Part shown: piece after piece, positions 29,748 through 43,638 of the stretch
Layout of the letters: the number at the start of each line of letters is the position of its first letter
How positions within the stretch are numbered: the first letter of the stretch is position 1
Source: Basidiobolus meristosporus CBS 931.73
Lineage: Eukaryota; Fungi; Basidiobolomycota
Length of the DNA stretch: 64,000 nt
Assembly: GCA_002104905.1 (NCBI GenBank)
Contig: MCFE01000028.1
Location: 163,862 to 227,861, forward strand
Reading direction: 5' to 3'
Position numbers and translations under genes: made by a program
The notes under the pieces: model-generated
The model's database searches: none
What the model was told of the DNA's origin: nothing
Seen by the model: only the letters and a program-made list of their open reading frames with translations

Positions 29748-30032
29748 AGTTATGCCTAGTCGGTATTCATCCTGAACGATCGGTGTGCGCGCACCCCATT
29801 GGGACCACGCATCGAAATCATGTCAATGGTCACTGCAGACATTGTGTCTTGATATAGAATTGCTCGCTACTGTCTAGTAGGGTACTTGGGCACCTTTATT
29901 CATCATTGACATATTCACTTTTGTACTATTGTTAATGAAAATGATTAAAAAATATGCGTATTCGCCATAGGAATTCAAGTAAATGTGGGGAGGTTGTGTT
30001 GGAAAGTGAATCGACTTCGGTGGCCTGTATGT

Positions 30033-31257
30033 TTACTCTTTTTGGGCGGAGCTTTCAGCAGAAGTTTCCTTGGACTTGCCTTTGTCCTCTGGTTCCTTCT
30101 CCACCTCGGTCTTGTATTCAAATAGCTTCTTGAGCTCGCCATTCTTGACGGCAAGGATCACTGGGGCCAAGCCGCAAGCGGGGGAGAGGTAAAGCAGAGC
30201 GGGTTGGGCGGCTTGGAAAGTATGCATCACAACAAAGGTCGTCAATAGTCCAACTACGTAGGCAATGAAGCATGCGTTGAAGTAGGGAGTGGGGTAGTCT
30301 TTGATTTTCAAATACTCCTTGGGCACATCCTTCTTGGCGCTGGCACGCTCCAAGGCTAAAGCATGATCAAAACGCAAGCACAAAGCAACGAAAATACCGG
30401 GAATAACAATATCACCAAGGCCAAGCATGGTGAATTTGGGTGCGGCCGCAGTGAATAATTCGAAAACAGATCTTGGGAAGGTAACCTTAATGGGGGCATC
30501 AAAGTTCACGGCGACAGATACCATCACCTCAGTTCCGAACACCCAGAAGATGTCATAGAAGAACAAACCACCAAGGAGAATTAGTCCAGTACGGAAGGAG
30601 TCCAAATTGATCAACCGAATGGCACTCATGGCAAAGGCGATTCCATAAATGTTGGAGGCGATCCAGTTCTTAGTGGCCACGTAGTAAATGGTCAAAAGAA
30701 AAGACCCAATGAACGCACCGATGTGAATGTTGGAGAATCGCAAATGGTACAGCTCTAAACGTTCGATGGAGGTTATTGCTATTCATCAGGGATTCTCTCA
30801 TAAACCCTTACTAACCTTTCGCCTGCTTGGTAAGATGAATGTGGTAGGAAGGCAGCTTGAGTTTGGTTACGGTTTTGAACAAAGTGGCGGAGAAAGATGT
30901 GACCGCGGTGCAGCCCATGATAGCGAAGTAGGCTGTAATCAAATAATTGACATACTCCTTGTTCAAGAATTTGAACACCAGGTACATGGAAAATAGGGTG
31001 ATGGAACCGTAGATTGGGAACATCTTGGCGTCTTCGGAGGACAGCACTTCGGCTACTTCTTCGGTTTCAGAGTCAGATTCGTACTCCTCGCTCTTTGTGG
31101 TCTTTTTTTCCTGTAGTACGGGGTTAAAGGATGCGCGACTTTATGGATTCATAGCTTGACTTACCTTCTTGGGTTTGGGAAGTGCGCTGTAAGAGCCCAT
31201 ATAGATGGGGGTTACTGCCATTAAACCCAAGGCAGCATAGGCAACGAAAATGCTCAT
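30033..31257 (-). CDS. Signal peptide peptidase (A22B, HM13-like)
   Basis: FFYDIFWVFGT, MLGLGDIVIPG and QPALLYL motifs. Confidence 0.93.
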
Positions 31258-31618
31258 AGTGTCAGTCCTGAGAGGTTAGTTCTGCCGATGGGCGTTGAGA
31301 GGTTGGTTCAAAAGTCAAGAGTGGTCTCTAGTAGACTGATAGGGTCAAGAATAAGTGTCAAAGCCACCAAATAAAGAAGAAAACGAACCAGGAGACAACC
31401 AATCACACACGATACGAAGATCAACAAAATTATATGAGGAGGGGTTCACTGGACAATTAGAAAAGGGGTTGAGGAGCTTTTCCATCCTGTAAATGCATAA
31501 CACGTCAGGTCAAATTATGAGTCTGATCATTCCTATTTGAAGATGATAGCATTGACACTCTTTGTGGTCTCAAATCACGTGAAATATGTATTTAGGACTT
31601 GGCTTAACCTCACAAATC

Positions 31619-32434
31619 ATGATTTTACTTGAAGCACTTTCTTTTCATATCAAATATCATTACTTTGGACTCACGTTCCACGAAACACAACTCACTGGTT
31701 CCGAGAATAAAGAGCAGTTGTCGGATTCTAGGAAGCCGCCGTTTCTTAAAGAATGGTTTCAAAGATATACTGGCTTTTCGCACGTATGTTTCGCCTCTTT
31801 CGATTGTATCGATCTGGAAGGTGTGCAGCTTTGTGCAGGTGGATGGGTTAGTTTACAACGGGAGAAGAGGGTTGGTAGTATAAATATATACCTCTCCTTC
31901 TATCACACTGTACAAGGCTAGGGTACCTCGCAGTGTATCTACTGCACTTAGTTGACACAACTTATTAACCGTGGCCATATGAGCTTTTTCAAGCAGAGCG
32001 GCATTCAAATTGTTGATACTCTCCAAGTATATCTCGGTACAGCTGGTCATGAAATTCTCAACTATGAGCAGGAGTCGTTTGTCATTAAGCTGGTGTATGC
32101 CGGTAACGTGATGCGAATACGGACAAAGCTGCAGCGGAAGGTATACGACCTTTACATCGTGGGTTATTTGGTTTAGGGAGAGGTTTGATAGCCCAGAAGG
32201 ATGTGAGCGTTGCGAAAACCCCAGCCAAGGAGCCGAAGAATCGTCGTTTGCGTAGAGCAAGGCAAAGAGAGTTGCTAAAATACGAATTGAGTCAGTTGGT
32301 GCTCAGCATCATGGTACTGTTATGCAAGACTTGCCATTCTCGTCAATCTCGGGGATGAGGGTATGGTGTAGTCTATGTTTCAACGGATTGTTAACATCAG
32401 AAAATCCATGGGAAATATAATCTATGGATACCAT
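31619..32434 (-). pseudogene. Fragment of a giant uncharacterised fungal protein family
   Basis: Exon-like frames IHQLNDKRLLLIV...RGTLALYSVIEGE|LHTFQID...IRQLLFILGTSELCFVERESKVMIFD resemble recalled Glomeromycota/Agaricomycete giant proteins; 5' exon phases do not join cleanly. Confidence 0.35.
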
Positions 32435-32922
32435 GTGGAAGGTTGAAAGTTAAGAAAGACGTTCAAGGCAACGAAATGGCAACGATATGTCAAGTCTCAT
32501 CAATCCTTTTAACCCTCAGTCAACGCGGAACCCATCTAAGCCTTCGTTGCGTTATCCTGCTCTCAACTAGTAATTGATGAGTTGGAATTGTTAATCTGAT
32601 TTCCACTGATTAGTGAGACAATCTCACGGATTCAATTGAACACATTAAAATTAAACCAATGCAACGAAGCTATGCAGCCATTCCCAAGACATCATCCATT
32701 GAACATGCCACGGTTTAACCGTTGCAACTGCTTATAAGATCATTCAAGATCATCGAAAATTTTTCCGCATTTAGTTATGTATCTTTTCGATCTGTAAGCG
32801 GAAAAATCCTCGATGAAATTGCTCTTCTAATTTGGGCTATTTTTCATTTTCGATATTAGAAAGCAGTTCGAACTACTCTGTTGATATTTGGTTGCTTTTA
32901 CTAGTACTAACCTTGAAACAAG

Positions 32923-33900
32923 ATGGATGATATCGCTCAGGCTTTGGCAGTCTCAGATGCCGATCAACTTTGCATCAGCAACGATCCCCTTCACCCTTCC
33001 AATCTGATTCCCGAACTCTGTCGCCAATTCTACACTCTGGGTTGGGTTACTGGGACTGGGTAATTTTCCTTTGCGAATGGTAGATTCTGTTAGGATACTC
33101 TTGATTTACATACATACTTTTCTCTGTACTTTGCTATAGTGGTGGAATCAGTATTCGTGATGGGTGAGTGCAACTTACTGTCCTTTTCAACAAGTCTGGT
33201 ATTAATTTTCCCAGCGAGTTGGTTTACATCGCCCCCTCGGGTGTTCAAAAAGAACGCATACAAGCTCAAGATCTTTTTGTATTGGCATTTACTACTAGAC
33301 AGCTTCTTCGTGCCCCACCGGTGTACAAGCCTTCTGCTTGCACACCTTTGTTTTACAATGCCTACACAATGAGAAATGCCGGAGCTTGCATTCACACACA
33401 CTCCCAATCAGCCGTTATGGCTACGCTACTGTTCCCAGGAGAGACTTTTGAAATCACTCATCAAGAGATGATCAAGGGTATCAGACGTGGCTCCTCGAAA
33501 ACCAACTTCAGATATTTCGACACACTTGTCGTACCCATCGTCGAAAATACTCCCGAGGAAGAAGATCTTACAGAGCGAATGGCCCAGGTGAGATTTTCCT
33601 CGTTATCGAGCGCGCCTATCAAATCAAAAGTAACCATTATTCCCGCGTGCCAGGCTATCATGAAATATCCGGAAACTAACGCCGTACTGGTTCGTCGCCA
33701 CGGTGTATATGTATGGGGAGGTCAGCAAAATCACACCTTCAATTTCATTTAGCCTTTTTCTAACGTTTCGCCCCCATCTAGAAACCTGGGAAAAGGCCAA
33801 GTCCATGTCGGAGTGCTATGATTATCTTTTTGAGATTGCAGTGAAGATGAAGGCAGTGGGAATTGAACCCAACCAAAAGCCAGCCAATTCCCCATATTAG
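32923..33900 (+). CDS. MDE1: Methylthioribulose-1-phosphate dehydratase (methionine salvage)
   Basis: [55 protein letters not shown]. Confidence 0.95.
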
Positions 33901-34270
33901 TTAGCTCATTGACTGTCTAATGATTAAATCTCCACCCTGTTGCCATTGACCCAGCGCAATCTTACCATTTCAGGAAATACAAGCAGTCGATTCGGACCAG
34001 AGGTACAACAATTATTGAAGCGGTGTCGTTTAGGCTAGATTGAGCATGCCAAGTGCAAGGTTACAGAATGTGGTTGGAATCAAAGTAATATAATCTCGGG
34101 CAGAAATCCGGTTCATTGTCGAATTATTTGGTGATGCATTAGCAGGGAATTCGTGGTTGTAGTTCGCGTAGCCACGATCTTAGGCGGAGTTAGGAAGCCT
34201 AGACTGCTTGTGTAATGATCAGGGAGTGTCTAGACTTGTGTGGAGATTTGGATATTTATTATTGCTAGCG

Positions 34271-35404
34271 TTAATGTAGAAGCTTTCTAGCTTGTCTATG
34301 ATCGTTATAATTACGGACCAATCGACTTTGCGGTCCGAATGTTGGCATGGTGATAAATTCCCAGAGGACTTGAAACCATGATTCATGGTAGCTGATGGTG
34401 TTGTAGAATTCGGGTGCTGTTGCACGAACGGCTGGAAGTTTGGACCAAGCGACCTATAATCGATTGTTCAATAACTGAGCGAGTGTATTTCTCTGAAACC
34501 GTTGTGAACTCACCTTTGTGAAATCATGATGCTCGTTGTGATATCCAATGTTCAGCGTAAGCTTGTTCATACTACCATAGTAGGAGTAGGTTTCCTGACC
34601 ATCCTCCCATGTGTAATGTTCCTGAATAAAGTGGGCGGCAGCTGGATTGATACTGTAGCCCCACCATAAAGATAGTATCATGTAGAGAAAGCCCCTCGGT
34701 CCGCATACAAACCAGATACAGACGTCAGTGCCAATTGTGAACAGAATATTCACAATCTCCCAAAATGAAGGGCTCTTTCCCATGGCAAGACCGCGAACAA
34801 CGTACATAACGGGAAAGATCAAAAGCCAAAGAATCTTCAACAGGGTGTTACCACGAACCAGATGAATCTCCCAGTCTAGGGGCAGGTCTGGGTCCTTCCC
34901 CAACACTCCCTGGAATGTATGGTGCTCGAGATGGTAGCGGCGAAATGACTGAGCAATTGGGACCGGGATCCCGAGATTGACGAAGAGACCAAGCAAACGG
35001 TTGACCAAAAGTGATTCATGCGTAAGGGCATGCGAGCACTCGTGGATGATAGAGCCGAAAGTTTGGGTAAGGGTTCCTCCGACTGCATAAGAGAAGAAGA
35101 CCATGGTCCAGTTCCAGTCAAGGAGAACTCGACCAAATAGGTAGGCGCAAAGCAAATGGATGGACACGGTTAAAAAAGTCACCCACTTGGTACTCCTATC
35201 TATCCCGTAGAGCTTCATGATTTCCGGATGCTTTTCTAGAATGGCTCTCTTGCGCTTGAAATGAGGTTCGTCCATATCGTCCCTTGCAAAATCGTCATCG
35301 GTATATGGGATCGACCGTTTCCAATCACCAATGTAAAGGGGGTGGCGGCGGTCTGAGCGCACCGAACGTTTGGATGGTTCTGTCGGCTCGGCAAAAGGGG
35401 GCAT
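34271..35404 (-). CDS. Sphingolipid delta-4 desaturase/hydroxylase family (DES1/DEGS-like)
   Basis: EPHFKRKRAILEKHPEI; His boxes HECSH, HLEHH and HNEHH; last exon VAWSKLPAVRATAPEFY. Confidence 0.88.
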
Positions 35405-35978
35405 AATTTCTTGAGGATATGTGCGGATAGTATGTTTGAAAGACACCTGCCGCAAGATTTTATACATGCCTGTCAGCGGTCTAGATGCTTCATGGAAGTG
35501 AGGTGTGTGGATTGTAACCGGTGATACTAGAGTGGAGTGGATTTGATTAGGGAAAGGTCACACATTGGCCACTTGAGTTGGTAGTAGCACTATGGCTAGA
35601 CTGCACCGTGCATCGAATTATTTATGATTGATGAAGTAGGGAAGCAAATGGGAAACGTCAACCAAACAAACGCATTAGTAAAGTCGAGTGATTTCGATTT
35701 GTTTTGTCAATTTCAACATTGCATCATTCGACCTTAGCAACGCAACCTCATACGTGGTGTCAAAGTTGATATCTCTTATATTGCCAACATTGGTTATGGA
35801 GTGTTTAGGTTACATGCATGGATGAGATTTAGACTGCGAAAAATGGCTTTTCATTGCTCTACACGCTTCCGGTGGTTTACATAAAAGCGCTGAGCAAAAA
35901 GCCCTCTCTCCTTGTAAACCCTCTCCTACCTCAACTTAACCCAAACATAATCTTGTAACCTTCTAAATCTAACTCACC

Positions 35979-37715
35979 ATGGGTCAAGAACAAAGCGCTT
36001 TTTCCTCCAACCACTCTTTTCCCAAGGCAGTTTCGCAGGGCTCTGCCACCACCTCGTCGTCGCTTAAACGGCTGGAGCCCAAGCTAACACCACTGGAGGT
36101 GGCCTCGATAAATCAGGTTTATCAACAACTCAAGAGTATCGATCGGAACGAAGCAGAGCTCATAACTGAGGAAGCGTTCCAGGTAATATGCAATCCACTA
36201 TTCATGGAGAAATTCATCGCATACTCAATGTGTAATCGCCATTCCAATTTGTAGCAATACCTTGGATTGCCTGAAAATATGCTGATCGGAAAGATATTAT
36301 ATCGTTCATTTGTACAGCTTCCGTATCTTGCAAATTATGAGGAAATCCACGAAAACGCTACCCTCAACTATTCTCTATTGCTCTACTCCATCAGATTTTA
36401 CTGCGGAGAAGGTCAGTCGCTGGAGGTTTTCCTCTCAAGCGATCCAGCTCCTATACAGAGCATGCCGGCAAAGCTTCTCTTCAAGTCGCTCGGTAATATT
36501 CCTGCTGGTGGAAGCGCGGGCGGAATAAGCGTTGCATGCCAGGATCTATTGGAGCTGTGTAAAGGAATCCTATGGATACTCAAGGCTCATTACCTAACCT
36601 TACTTGCACCCAACGCAGCGTTGAACGAACTAGTCGTTGACGAAAAACCTCTAATCAGCATTGTTCAACAAATGGCAATTATCGAACGGGAATCCCGAGG
36701 ACTTCCTAAGGGTTCTTTTTCGGACGGGTTGCCGGGGGAGGATATTTCATGGTCAACCTTCAAGGATTTTGTTCAGCGAAGTGCACCAGCAATGTTCAAA
36801 ATACTCGAGAGATTTATTTACACCAGGTTTTGCATGAATGGTGCCAGTGGTAAAGATATGGCCCCATCCAGGTGGGTTTTGGCGGGAGTGGAGGATATGT
36901 TGCCAAAGATAGACCTGCAATCTAACCTCCTAAAAATTGAGGATTGGGGCCTTTTAACTTGGCTACTGCCAGATTCTCGTGGGCGTAGCTGGGATGTTTT
37001 ATATTCCGGAAGTAGACACGGGTTCAGTATCAGTTACCTGGAGGCCAAGGTATTCAAATATTCAGCACCCACCTGTTTACTTATCAAAGGGTATCCAACT
37101 GTAACCCGACGACTCTCCAGAAATCGATTCCTGAAAGTGGCCCATGATCCCGGGGCAGCGGAACAAGAGTTGATACTAGGAGCCTACATATCTGAGCCCT
37201 GGAAATTTTCCCGCGGCTTTTGGGGAACCGCAGATTGCAGATTGTTTGAGTTAGGGCCAGTCTACGAAGTGTTTCCAGTGACCGGAAACAGTGATACTTA
37301 TGCATATTGTCATCGGAGCAATGGGATTGGGTTTGGTGGAAGAATCAATGAGTTTCGTTTACATATCAAACCGGATTTCCTGACTGGCACATACAGCAAT
37401 GACCCATTACATGGGACATGGTCTTATAAGTTATCAGCAACAAGGGCCGATTTCGATATAACTTTCCAGATTGAAGACATCGAAGTCATCGGTATGGGCG
37501 GCGAAGTAGCCAGGGAGCAACAGATCATTGAATGGCTATATGAAGAGCAGGAAAGAGCGCGACCTGGTTACACCAACTCACATTCCTCCGAGCATACCAG
37601 ACGGCTTCTTGAGCAGGCGGGGATTTTGGAGCATTCCAAGAAATTGGACGCATTCCGAACCCGGCGAAGCTTCGGATTGAAGAAAAAACCCTCGCGGTAT
37701 ACACCTTACAGGTAG
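35979..37715 (+). CDS. TLDc-domain protein (Rtc5/MEAK7-like)
   Basis: MGQEQS myristoylation-like start; LYSGSRHGFS, LGAYISEPW, GIGFGG and IEDIEVIGMG TLDc motifs. Confidence 0.82.
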
Positions 37716-38184
37716 TATTGACTGGTCGTGGCAATGTACACATGTAAATAAAGCCACTAGACAGTAATAAGCTCCACGAAATATGCGTCGTTTTGTTGAT
37801 GGGCACTTATCAACGCGTTGGTATTTTGCCATCCTAATGAAACATAGGAATTTAATGCATAATCGTCATGCAAGCGTACATTTCTCCATGATGTGCGTGT
37901 GGTTCAAATTCGTGGAAATTACGGGGAAGGCACTCTAGTCAGATTATATGGATACGAATATCCCCGATTCTACGTTTCCGGGACTATTGCACAGAAGCCG
38001 ACTCTAAACAATGAACATTGTGCGCCTGCGATTTAATCCCAAGCTCTCCTTTCTGATGTGGAGTGCGTTACCAAGGTGGAGATGATATCAATCGTAAAAT
38101 AACAATACATGAGATGCATGCTTATCTAGTCTATATAAGCCCCATCGAGCAGTAGTCAGGAGTATCTACCCTACAATACAATCG

Positions 38185-39752
38185 ATGATAGACCGCACAT
38201 CCACAGAGAACACCGCGACTTCCCTGGATCCCGAACTAGTATTGTATATGAATGAGAACCCCAACCAAGAGAATGAAGAGCTAGTGCTTTTCGGGGACGC
38301 GAGGAAATCCCCCCTCAACTCAAGCCAGGAATCGGTAGCAGTCAATCTTGAGATGCTCGATCAATTTCTTCGCAACAATTACAAAGGAGACGGCAAAATT
38401 CCATCGAAAGAAACCGACCAGGAACGCCTCATCAAGGTTTCTCGATTTTCCTTCCACCCTTAGGGCTTCCTATCTAACCGACAAGTTGACCAGAAACGAT
38501 ACGACCCTAGGTTCGTTTTCTACTCGCAAGATACGGGGTTGCTGAAAGGTGACACGTTAGAAGATATAGCCTCTGAGAAGGCATCCCTGACCGATCTTTT
38601 GGCCAAAGAAAACTACTGGCTGGATGTTACAGACCCTACGGAGTCTGAGTTAACATGGCTAGGCAAGGTAGATTGATCCACTCCCCCATTGATATGATGG
38701 CACTGTACATATCCTTCACATCTAGCTCTTTACCCTCCATCCCCTCACCATTGAAGACATCCAGTCACGAGAGCTTCGCGAAAAGTGCGAATCATTCCGC
38801 AACTATTATTTCGTGACCATTCAAACCCTTGACATTGATGAGGCCGCCCTCCATTTCAATATCTACAGTATTGTTATGAGCACCTCCATATTAACGGTTT
38901 GATTCCATTCCACACCTCACCCCTTCCTGGCCCTAACCGTAGAACTCTCGCAGATTCATTACAACCAATGCCACCACTCAGAGACCGTGCTTCGACGTTT
39001 CAATGAACTGAAAGGGCACGTGGAATTCACGCCCGGTACAGTCAGGAGATAGCAATCGTAGTGTCAGGAGTTCCGACTAACCTGTTCGCAACATTAGATT
39101 GGATCAACTACGCTATTATGGACACGGTGGTGGATGACTTCATACTCCAATGGAAACGGCTAGAGGCCCTGGCGGAATCCACGGATGAATTGGTATTCAA
39201 TCACCGGAAATCCGATGAAACCGATCTTCTGAAACAGATTGGGTCTGCGAGGAAGGCTATCTCGGGATTTCTTCGGATCCTAAAGCCTAAAGCATATGTG
39301 GTTCGATCGGTTCAGAAGCGAATCGAGACTTTGAAGGCCAACCCGAACGGACTTGAGATCTCGTTGTATCTGGGAGATATTCAAGGTACTTGGCAATGCC
39401 TTGAGGCCTAGGCACACCCACTAACGACAAATCCTCAGATCACATCTTGACTACTCTCCAGAGCGCGACCCACTACGAGAAGATCCTCTCCAGGGCACAT
39501 TCCAACCATCTGGCGCAGATATCTATTGAAATCACCCAAACTGGCAATAAGCTAAACGAGATTGTAACTAAACTCAGTGTGATCGCCACAATCCTCGTTC
39601 CATTAAATCTCATCACTGGTTTATGGGGAATGAATGTGGTAGTGCCTGGAGGAGAGGAGCCAAATTTGATCTGGTTCCTCTCCATAGTTGGGTTCATGGT
39701 TGTTTACTTCATTCTGAGCGGGCTGTACTTCCGAAGCCAAAACATCATCTAG
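38185..39752 (+). CDS. CorA-family Mg2+ transporter (Alr1/Mnr2-like)
   Basis: WLDVTDP, HPLTIEDI, ELFRNYYFV-like segment, PLNLITGLWGMNVVVPG followed by a TM helix. Confidence 0.9.
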
Positions 39753-39793
39753 AGCACTGTACTTCCGAAGTCAAAACATCATCTAGAGCACTG
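39723..39793 (+). repeat. 34-bp tandem duplication spanning the CorA stop codon
   Basis: CTGTACTTCCGAAG(C/T)CAAAACATCATCTAGAGCA twice (39723, 39757). Confidence 0.9.
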
Positions 39794-40117
39794 GATATGT
39801 AATTGTATATTCTTCGTAGATTAGACTTCCTGGTTGGAACCGGGCAAGAGAACTGAGAATTTGTATATACCAAACTGGCTGCTAATAGAAAGACGACCGG
39901 GGAGTCGATGCACACCCAAGCTATTATAGACACGAGAGATACTTGGTTTACTCTGCACCACATAAATAATGAACACTAAACTGCACACATGTTTACGCAT
40001 CCCAATCTGTGAGGAAAGCCGATAACCCTGTAGATCAGTTGTATTAACTTTTAATGCTTCAAAGACTCGACAAACAGGAAATTAGAGACAAGTCAACACA
40101 ACACAAAGACTTCGGCT

Positions 40118-40918
40118 TTAGACAAACCCAGGTGTCAAGTCGAAGGGAGTGAGCTTATCGCTCTGGTAATTCAACATGAACCCAACATGAGGGACCACGT
40201 TCCAGTGAACGCTGATATTCCCGATTTGGCCTTGTCTGTAGCAAAGTAACTTAGCATCACGCAACTGAACTACACATAAGGATGGGTGACTCGACTTACT
40301 CAAAGCGCGGGTTGATATCCATGAAGGCGTATTTGTTTTTGTATCCGCGAAGTTTGAATTTGGCGTCGTCGGCCGACTGGATGATGCGGTCCCACAAGAC
40401 GATTTGATTTACACCCTGATAAAAGGGTTAGCCAGAGGAATGCAAGGAAGTACCTTCGAACGTTACTTTACATATTTGCTGCTTTCGTACTCAGCTACCA
40501 CGTAGACAAATAGTTGTTTGGTGTTCCAACGGAATAATGAGCTGAGATCTGACCACCTAGTTAGCACTTTCAAGTGGATAAACTTATTCGGCTGAAACGA
40601 TTATCTACCAGCTTCCAAATCGAACTTTAGAAAGACATAGTCGGCGGGGGGACTGTGATAGTACTCTAAGAAACGGTCACCATAACGCCCATGTTGTCTA
40701 AGGAAAAAGTCGCGAGTGAGAAAACTGGAAAGAAACCCGGGCAAAGCAGCCACACCATCTGCTTATACCACTTACATTTTGGCGGTTCGAATAGATACTT
40801 CAGCTACTGGTGACGTAGCTTGGAACGGGGTAAAGACGGCCACTGCACCTAGCAGCACAAAGAACACGCTCAGAGTAAATGCGCCTACAGCACTCAAACG
40901 TTGAATGATATTGTACAT
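40118..40918 (-). CDS. SPC3: Signal peptidase complex subunit Spc3/SPC22
   Basis: MYNIIQRLSAVG...; PLFNWNTKQLFVYVVAEY; VNQIVLWDRII; HWNVVPHVG. Confidence 0.88.
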
Positions 40919-41174
40919 ATTTGACAAATCGGTGCTCAGTGAATGGGGAGATACTAGTCAACACTCTGACAAGCGTCTGCACTTTTCAAGTCAAAATGCA
41001 AGGAAACTGAGAGGATTAATTATGGTAACAAAATTCAATGCTGGTAAATTGCCCTACCAACGACGTCCACGCTGCTTTCGATTTCATGATGCAAGCACAA
41101 TTCCATATTCTGATTTAGGGGTTTGTAGCATCACCCTAAGCTCCTTCAAACTAAACCTATTTATTTGGAGACGC

Positions 41175-41218
41175 TTTAATTGTGGTTTAATCGTGGTTTA
41201 ATTGTGGTTTAATTGTGA
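41175..41218 (+). repeat. 11-bp tandem repeat x4
   Basis: TTTAAT(T/C)GTG(G/A) four times, just downstream of the CHS7 stop. Confidence 0.85.
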
Positions 41219-41275
41219 TTTAAATACAGGGTTGCAATTTGATTAATTATTGTGCTTGTAGATATCCTTGGGAAG

Positions 41276-42450
41276 TTAAGCATAACTATATCCCTTCTTA
41301 TCAACACTCCAATCAGGAAGCGACGGTGAACCCACGCTAAACTCCAAATCCTCCCGGGTGATGGAATCCCAGTATTTGTAAAGCATCATTACAGCAAGAA
41401 GGGTACAAAGAGCCCCGAAAAATACTCCATCGATATAATGATCAGCGAGCTTGCACAAGCTATTGGAAGCAGTGTAAAGAATCAATTGGCCAATGCAGAA
41501 GAACAAAGTGGCGGAGAGTAGACAACCTATTCCAACCATCATAATAAAATATCAGCCATCACACCACGCATATCAAGATGAGCAATAGCCTTACCAAGGG
41601 CCCAACGATCCCTCATGATCTTCAAGAGAAATATCAGCTGGGATATTAGATAGAGTAGAATGCAGGCTCCATTGAAGACAAAGTAGAAAAACCACAGAAT
41701 CGTTTGGTATGTGCGATGATTAGGCGACTCGAAGGTGAAGATTGATATAGTGAGCACGCCAGCGATCACTGCCATGGTGGAGATGCAAAATGCCTAGATA
41801 GTGCTAGGCTTTAGCAAACCAGAAGTGAACAGGATTTTGAGATGGATTACCCATAGTGACTTTTTGGTCCCGTCTTCGAAGAATTGGAAACTAATCAATC
41901 CATTTATAAATAGACACCATATGGTTCCAGAGATCAACCCCATTTGGAGAGCGGCAATCCACTGAAAATTTTCGCCGTAAGTACGATAATGCAGAGCCAG
42001 ACAGGATGATTCTTACAGGATAAACGGGTGATGCTATGGGAATGCTGCTGGAGATGAGGAGGATCTCGGTAAGCGTGGAAAGAAAGTAGAGGCCAAAAAA
42101 CATGGCCATTTCTTTGCGACCTGTTAACCAACCAGTTTAGCACCAACCTGTGGCATTGAATTAGCCGGCCAATTTACCAACTGCTGTATACTTGGTTTTT
42201 ACGTGATAGATCATAATAAGGGTCATAATCATAGCAGCTCCATATACCACGTTGGCAGCTAGTTAACAGGTTAGAGAAATAACCAGGGTGCAACAAACCT
42301 ATAGCAGTTACCAGTCTCAAACATGATGGCGCTCCCTAGGTTAGCTGAGCGTGCGAAGCATGTCGCGCTAATCCCTACACCATCCGGCCCCAATAACGGA
42401 CACTGAGTTAGTGTAACTTGGCGACAAATGCTCTTAAAACTTGTATCCAT
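41276..42450 (-). CDS. CHS7: Chitin synthase export chaperone
   Basis: FKSICRQVTLTQCPLL...CFARS; LYLISQLIF; DRWALG; HYIDGVFFGALCTLLAVMMLYKYWDSITREDLEFSVG. Confidence 0.92.
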
Positions 42451-43638
42451 CTCCCGTGAAAAGGAGTAGAAACTTGTACGGGTAGGCTTATATACTGCCT
42501 CTGTCGATGATTCTTTCCCTCTGCATATGACTTAAAAGGGAAGTTGAATTATTTATAACAATGCCCATAACAATACCCACAACAATGCCTTCGAAGCTTG
42601 TCCAATTTGGGAAACGAAAAGATCGGAACACGCCTCTGCGTTATCATGCTACAGGCCAACTTTATTCTGATTAGAATACTTGTGAGATGATTTGCTGGGT
42701 TGCGCAGTGTTTCTATATTCAGTGGAGAGCACTCGAATGATCGAGGCTGTGGTATGGTGACGGTCACATGATTGCCCGTGTGAAACACTACCTCTAGACC
42801 GGAGAATTCCATCGCTTTACTTTTGCGGCTAGATGATCAATAGATGGCGTATGATAAATATCCAAGCAATTTAAGCAAGAAGCTGACACCAGCTATGTAT
42901 TGAAGCGCCAAGTATCGGCCAGGCGATCAACTAGTTGAATATGTTGATCAAAACTGGTTGGATCAATCCACATAAGATTTGGATGGCTTAAGAGCGATAC
43001 GGCATGACAGGCCGCCCCTATGTACGTGATTTTGGGGAGATGGATCACTACAAATAAGCACCATTGACGAGTAGAATGAGTGGGGCTTATAAACAGCGGT
43101 ATCATCCCCACCTCTCTCGAATCTAAAGAATTGCCACTATGCAGCTGCCAAGCCGCAATTCGCTCTTGTCGTGAAGCAAATGACAGTGGCTCCAGACGCT
43201 CTATGCAATCGTCACCCGAGTTTCTGTATCCGTCGGAAGAGATACCGACCACATTTGCGAAACATTGTTCAACTCAGGTGCGAATTACGCCGGAATATGG
43301 AATTCACCAATTTGTTAGTTCGTTCCATATTAAATACTAGATTGGTCTACTGCGATGCCTATATAAAGATAATATTGATTAAGGCCTACCATATTAGGAA
43401 ATGATGAAATAAGATTTCCATTTTCCATCGCCCCACTTCTGTACATATTTCTATAACCGATCGTTCATTCATCTGACCCACCGTTAACCAGAATTCCTGA
43501 GTATCCAATAGATCATGTGACTTCCAGTCATCGTAAGACCACGACTTGGGAGCTATAAGTAGGTCAGATCTGTAGAACCCAAACATCATTTTCATATCTA
43601 AACAACAATTCCCAACTCCTTTGGAGAAGATCCTTGCT

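Noticed and set aside
42549-43404. Several 77-119 aa ORFs between CHS7 and the cyclin
   Set aside because: No recognisable homology or consistent splice chain; may be UTR or promoter DNA.
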